A stretch of 64,000 bases of DNA, taken from assembly GCA_973895155.1 (NCBI GenBank), contig OZ316892.1:1-64000 (forward strand), written 5' to 3'. How positions within the stretch are numbered: position 1 is the first letter of the stretch; every line of letters starts with the position of its first letter. The stretch comes from Marsupella aquatica. Lineage: Eukaryota > Plantae > Marchantiophyta. The translations under genes and the position numbers were made by a program. Shown in pieces: positions 59,562 through 64,000 of the stretch. Under the pieces are notes generated by a model. It saw nothing but the letters and a program-made list of their open reading frames with translations, did no database searches and was not told where the DNA came from.

Positions 59562-59930
59562 TCAAAAATCTTCTGGCTTGGGAATCCAAGTGGTACTCAA
59601 GACCATTGATGGAATATGGTTGTCATTGGGGTTCACAACATAAAAATCAAGGTCATAAAATTCTTCTCCAATTTGTAATGGCACTTGTTTTACTCTTCCC
59701 CAAAGTGAAATTAATCGTCCATCGATTGAGATTTGAGCACATATGGGCTGAACGTGTTGGCAAACTAATTGATGAAACAGTCTGTGGGACAGTAAATTTA
59801 TTCCGGAGCCTGGATCAATAACAAAGTGCTGAATAGTGTGTCCTTCCAATTTAATCTCCCCTTCAAGAGAATACTGAAATGCGCGGGAGAGAAAATCACA
59901 ACAATCCATAGTAGCTTTTACGGTCCACAT
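59562..59930 (-). CDS. Retropepsin-like aspartic protease domain ORF
   Basis: FVIDPGSGINLLS (D-x-G-S active-site-like) followed by G...VPLQIG...LDFYVV and MVLS..W, typical of gag-asp proteases. Confidence 0.6.
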   Translation of the reverse strand: MWTVKATMDCCDFLSRAFQYSLEGEIKLEGHTIQHFVIDPGSGINLLSHRLFHQLVCQHVQPICAQISIDGRLISLWGRVKQVPLQIGEEFYDLDFYVVNPNDNHIPSMVLSTTWIPKPEDF

Positions 59931-60039
59931 GATGACTCAAACAGAATAAGTGCTCCTCAGTGCTTCAATTAGGTCCATTCATACTCCAGGGAATAAACGC
60001 CCCTTCAAATCTTATATACATGAAGACGTTGCAAATCTG

Positions 60040-61245
60040 CTATCTACTCAACAACCCTTGAGTGACAACGTCCGGCCACGAAGGAGGAGTAGGTAACCTT
60101 ACTAGTCTCCTAAGTGATTTATACCCTTGAGCAGAAGAGTTCATAGCCTTATTCCGTATCAACTGTTCTCGTAGCTTAACAAGCTCTTTCTCGTACTTAT
60201 GTGGAACAACATACCCTTCATGGCAGACCCAAACAGAGTATTGGTATGGCCAAGGAAACTCTGGAGTTATTGGCGGAAAAGGAGCTTCAGCACGTCGGAG
60301 GACATATACCCAACACCAAATTTCATATTCCGAAAATTTATATCTTCTACCCTTATCAATGGGAGGAATAGCCTTACCCGGCTTATAAGTGGGAATCAAC
60401 ATTCGAATACTCGGTAGATACGTACCAGGTAAAATCTGTTGTTGTTGATGTATACTCTCCATTTCCAGATGTCCGAAAGCTATCCGAAAATCATTCTTCT
60501 CCCACTTATGAATTGAAGCAAGGTTAGGTATAGGAATTAGGGATGGTAGTACCACTGTGTACCGAAGTTTGGGAGGTACTCTGATAATACGAGGATCTTC
60601 GTCTTCCTCTCCATCGCTTGGAGCTCCTTTCCAACGAAAAATAATGTATGGGTTTGAAGAAGGTATCACCGACTCCTTAGTAGGCCAACGTGATAGTACA
60701 ACAGGAGATGAAGATGCAGGAGGTGGAGAAGAATTCCCCATTGTCGTGTTGATGGGCTTCAGCTGCTCAAAATCTGGTGAATTTGCTTCATGAAAGATCT
60801 GTTGATTTCTTACACGACGCAACCTTTTCCCAGGTCTTCGAGTATATGTCACTTGAAATTGCTCCGTAATAAGTGAACTCTCATCTCCAAGTGATATCCG
60901 AGTACCCTTATCTTTGCTTGAATCCAGTAAGATAGAAGCTGATGCAGAGCTAAATGCCAAATCAGGTGTTCCAGACAAAGGTATGGGTGGAGATACACTC
61001 TTGGTCTCAGGTAGCCCTAAATTGCTTGAAGGTCCAAGAGATGGAGTGGTTTGTAGACTGTGTTGAGACTCAAGTAATCTCTCTTCTGGAAGGTAAGCTG
61101 GAGAAACCCAATCAATAGATGGGTGTGGAGGAGGCCCTTTTCTCGCCAATGCTTCTGCTAACTCCTCAGACATAATCAGCGCAACTGTTATTCTAGTTTC
61201 AGGGGGCGGTTTCAGGGGTCGGCCACATAGGAAATGGCATGACAA
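60040..61245 (-). CDS. Retrotransposon-associated extra ORF, unknown function (up to 401 aa, Ser/Pro-rich N-terminal half)
   Basis: Long open frame downstream of integrase on the same strand; no recognised domain. Confidence 0.5.
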   Translation of the reverse strand: MSCHFLCGRPLKPPPETRITVALIMSEELAEALARKGPPPHPSIDWVSPAYLPEERLLESQHSLQTTPSLGPSSNLGLPETKSVSPPIPLSGTPDLAFSSASASILLDSSKDKGTRISLGDESSLITEQFQVTYTRRPGKRLRRVRNQQIFHEANSPDFEQLKPINTTMGNSSPPPASSSPVVLSRWPTKESVIPSSNPYIIFRWKGAPSDGEEDEDPRIIRVPPKLRYTVVLPSLIPIPNLASIHKWEKNDFRIAFGHLEMESIHQQQQILPGTYLPSIRMLIPTYKPGKAIPPIDKGRRYKFSEYEIWCWVYVLRRAEAPFPPITPEFPWPYQYSVWVCHEGYVVPHKYEKELVKLREQLIRNKAMNSSAQGYKSLRRLVRLPTPPSWPDVVTQGLLSR

Positions 61246-62536
61246 AATTAGGTGAAGTTGGTTGTCCAGCTACTCCTTCTACATCTACTATTTTGTCCTC
61301 TGAATCAGCCTTAAACAACTTTACAAGCTCCTGGCATGATACCGCCGGAGGTTCCATTGATTGTTGTACAAGAGGAACCACATCTAGGTTTGGGGAGGGA
61401 CTACGAGAATCTTCCAAATTATACTCCTGTAAAGCTTTTAAAGCATTATTACTCACTTCCATGGGTGGTGAAGCAGGGTTCTGTGAAGTTTTATCATACC
61501 CATCCGCTGCAGTAGTATATTGTTGAGGAGGTTCTCCTGGTAAGCTTTCTTCATCCACATCCATCCTGTCTTCATCATTCGCTCTGAAAGCAAAATTGTC
61601 CTGATCAAGATCTTGATCCTCTGATGGGTGGGAAAGAATTGGCTCGTCTCTCCCGCCAACTGGTTCTCTTGTCTCTTTCAGTCTCCGAACTTCATTTACC
61701 AGCTCAGATTCTTCGCAAGTGAGTAGTTTGCATAACGCCACCAGTGTTGAACTGGATCGGACTTCTCGTACTTCCGGCAACTCATTTGCTTCACAGGTAG
61801 ATGCGCTCCAATGGGTACGATAGAAGACTTTCTCTGAAAGGAGCAGACATTTATGCTTGTGATAAATGTGAGCTAGATAGGGAGTCAAGTTGGTAAATCT
61901 TAACTTTCCAGCTTGCAACCTGCTACAAAAGTTCTTTACCTGGGTATGAATTACCCTATATAAGATCTTCGTCCAATTGATGGTCTGCTTCTGTTCTAAT
62001 GAAGAGATAACGGTGGCAGCAAAAGAAAGAGTAATACATGTCTGACTCTCTGGATAGAAAATTGGTGACAAAAATCGAAAAACATGCTGCAAAGAGGTAA
62101 CTAAACAGTCCGTGGTTACCCAACCATTTCGCCTCTTAAAGGATTCAGGAGCAAAGAAAGACTCTATATAAGCTCGGGGCTCTCCATCAATCTTCTGCAA
62201 ATCCTCGCCCGTTGTCGGCGTCGAGTAGACTCCCGCTATGAGCGCTTCAGTCCAAACACTTGGACGCGAGCGGACACCGATTCCTTCCTCAGCATCCCAC
62301 ACACCTTGGTCGATGAGGCTGAACTCGCACATCCTCCAAGGGAAACGAAGTAATTTCTTCAAGCCCATCAATGCAAGATTCGTCCTCAATTGTCGGCGGT
62401 CCACCATATTCGACGGGATAATTGCGAGTATTGGTCGCGTCGTAAGTTTGGACTCCACCATCGCATCAATCGTAAAGGACGCTTCTCTTGCCGTTCCTAG
62501 AAGTGGACGCTTCTCGCAGCGTCCCGTCAAGACCAA
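61199..62536 (-). CDS. Retrotransposon-associated extra ORF (up to 445 aa)
   Basis: Long open frame directly 3' of integrase. Globular N-terminal half (FLSPIFYPE...INWTKILY...LTPYLAHIY) and acidic C-terminal half; similar in position to Athila/Tat-type additional ORFs. Confidence 0.55.
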   Translation of the reverse strand: MVLTGRCEKRPLLGTAREASFTIDAMVESKLTTRPILAIIPSNMVDRRQLRTNLALMGLKKLLRFPWRMCEFSLIDQGVWDAEEGIGVRSRPSVWTEALIAGVYSTPTTGEDLQKIDGEPRAYIESFFAPESFKRRNGWVTTDCLVTSLQHVFRFLSPIFYPESQTCITLSFAATVISSLEQKQTINWTKILYRVIHTQVKNFCSRLQAGKLRFTNLTPYLAHIYHKHKCLLLSEKVFYRTHWSASTCEANELPEVREVRSSSTLVALCKLLTCEESELVNEVRRLKETREPVGGRDEPILSHPSEDQDLDQDNFAFRANDEDRMDVDEESLPGEPPQQYTTAADGYDKTSQNPASPPMEVSNNALKALQEYNLEDSRSPSPNLDVVPLVQQSMEPPAVSCQELVKLFKADSEDKIVDVEGVAGQPTSPNFVMPFPMWPTPETAP

Positions 62537-62566
62537 GTTTTAGGGTGGACGCTTCTCTCAGCGTCC
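62477..62566. repeat. Second cluster of GGACGCTTCTC-N-AGCGTCC hairpin motifs
   Basis: Three copies at about 62477, 62505 and 62547. Confidence 0.8.
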
Positions 62567-62701
62567 AGTGCAAAAACTAAAATTCCGAACACTTGTGAAG
62601 GGGGAGGGAATGCTGATTCTAATAAAGTACAAACTACCTACCGCCCTCCACTGAAACTATGACCTGTCCCAGGTGAAACACTAAATAGGAGACTCATGAT
62701 A

Positions 62702-64000
62702 TCACTTAACCCAGAATCCATTGATTCGGGTGTCAAGTGGGTGACCGTCTAAGGTAGTCAAGGAAACCGAACTGTTAGCCCAGATTTGGGTAACTCGATA
62801 AGGACCAATCCAATGGGTATGGAGTTTCCCAGGAAATAACATATAACGGGAATCAAAGACTAATGCTAAATCACCAACATCTAAATTCACGACTCACAGC
62901 TTTTGATCATAAACAAGCTTACGCTTGTTCTGAATTGTAGCTGTATGGTCTAACGCTAAAAGTCTAACTTCTTCTAATTTGACAATATCAGAAAACCTAT
63001 GTGGGAGACTAGCCGCTGGAGAGAGACGGTTGGATACCAAGAGTCATTCTGTTGGGAAGGAGAATTCAATAGGAATGATACTGTCCAGGCCATAAGTCAG
63101 GTAGAAGGGAGTGTGAAGGGTTGTAATTTTCTCGGCAGTACGGTAAGCCCATAATGCAGAATGTAACTTCACATCCCAGTCTGTCTTGTGAGACTCTACT
63201 ATCTTATTCAGGATCTTGCCCACAATGCCATTAGCTCTTTCCGTTAAGCCATTAGCTCTGGGGTTGTAAGGAGTAGTTTTGCGATGCTTGATAAGATATG
63301 TGTTAGTAATTAACTCAATAGTTGAGTTAAGAAAATGCAAACCCCTATCGCTTACCAACTCCAAAGGACACCCGAACCGAGTAATAATGTGCTCAAAGAG
63401 AAATGCAGCCGCTGTTGTAGCATCATTCTTGCGAGTGGCTTTAGCCTCCACCCATTTGGTGGCATAATCAGTGGCCAGAATAATGTATTTACTTTGGCTT
63501 TTTCGAGCTGCTGGTGAAATTGGGCCAATAAAATCAATACCCCATTTCTCAAATGGTGTCAAAGGCAGGATGGGCGTAAGAGGCCATTTGGAACTAGCAG
63601 TGGGTTTCCCTATTCTTTGACAGGGGTCACACGTCTTAATAAAGTTGTAAGTATCTCTATGCATGGTAGGCCACCAGTACCCAGCATCCAAAATTTTCTT
63701 TACAGTAGTATTGATAGCATAATGGCCACGTGTTTCTCCATAATGTAAAGCTTCAATTACTTGTGGGAGTTCCCTGTTCTCCAGACATCGTCGCATCTTC
63801 TGATCAGGACCTTGTTTAAACAAAGTGCCCTGAAGGATAGTATAAGGTCCCACCTTATGTGCAAAAACAGCTCATTCTTCCGCATTAAGGCCTTCAGGAA
63901 AACTACCATGAATCAACATGTGCACAATATCGAAATACGGTGAAGACTATCCTTCAATGTGCCACAAATGCTCATCTGGGAATTCATCAGAAAGATTATG
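62702..64000 (-). mobile_element. Ty3/gypsy LTR retrotransposon pol (integrase), with in-frame stops; continues beyond the window
   Basis: HHCC zinc motif (LHYGETRGHY...CDPCQR), DDE core (WGIDFIGP / VSDRGLHF / NGLTERAN) and GPY/F motif (GKLHTHWIGPY) in one frame interrupted by stops. Confidence 0.95.

Noticed and set aside
1-64000. rRNA/tRNA genes, prokaryotic operons and the many 60-130 aa ORFs in the track
   Set aside because: No RNA-gene signatures were seen; the short ORFs are mostly antisense shadows of real ORFs or repeat translations.

Overview
Eukaryotic land-plant nuclear DNA, probably a bryophyte (inferred from moss-type PLS/E-class PPR fragments, TTTAGGG motifs and GT-AG introns). 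The window is repeat-rich and looks subtelomeric or heterochromatic. Recognisable host genes occur only as broken fragments: PPR, PI-PLC, a HEAT-repeat protein, NADK2, an IRK/PXC2-like LRR-RLK, PP2A B', anthranilate synthase beta and a NIP aquaporin. The long intact ORFs look mobile-element-borne. (i) Three paralogous AT-rich TET/JBP-like Fe(II) dioxygenase genes (28462-29838, 40807-42249, 55961-57325) share a predicted intron ending right at the ATG; a fourth, truncated copy lies at about 8.3-8.8 kb. (ii) A 1656-aa intronless protein (47030-52000, minus) combines Zn fingers, a cryptic tyrosine-recombinase-like domain and a RecQ-type helicase, resembling fungal telomere-linked helicases. (iii) A stand-alone EDM2-type composite PHD gene carries one nonsense codon and sits between the helicase gene and one dioxygenase gene. 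The best candidate for a new system is a recombinase-helicase element carrying a histone-mark reader and a DNA-base-modifying dioxygenase. The right end holds a decayed Ty3/gypsy integrase followed by three extra ORFs. All family assignments come from motif recognition by eye; no database searches were run and no element termini were identified.
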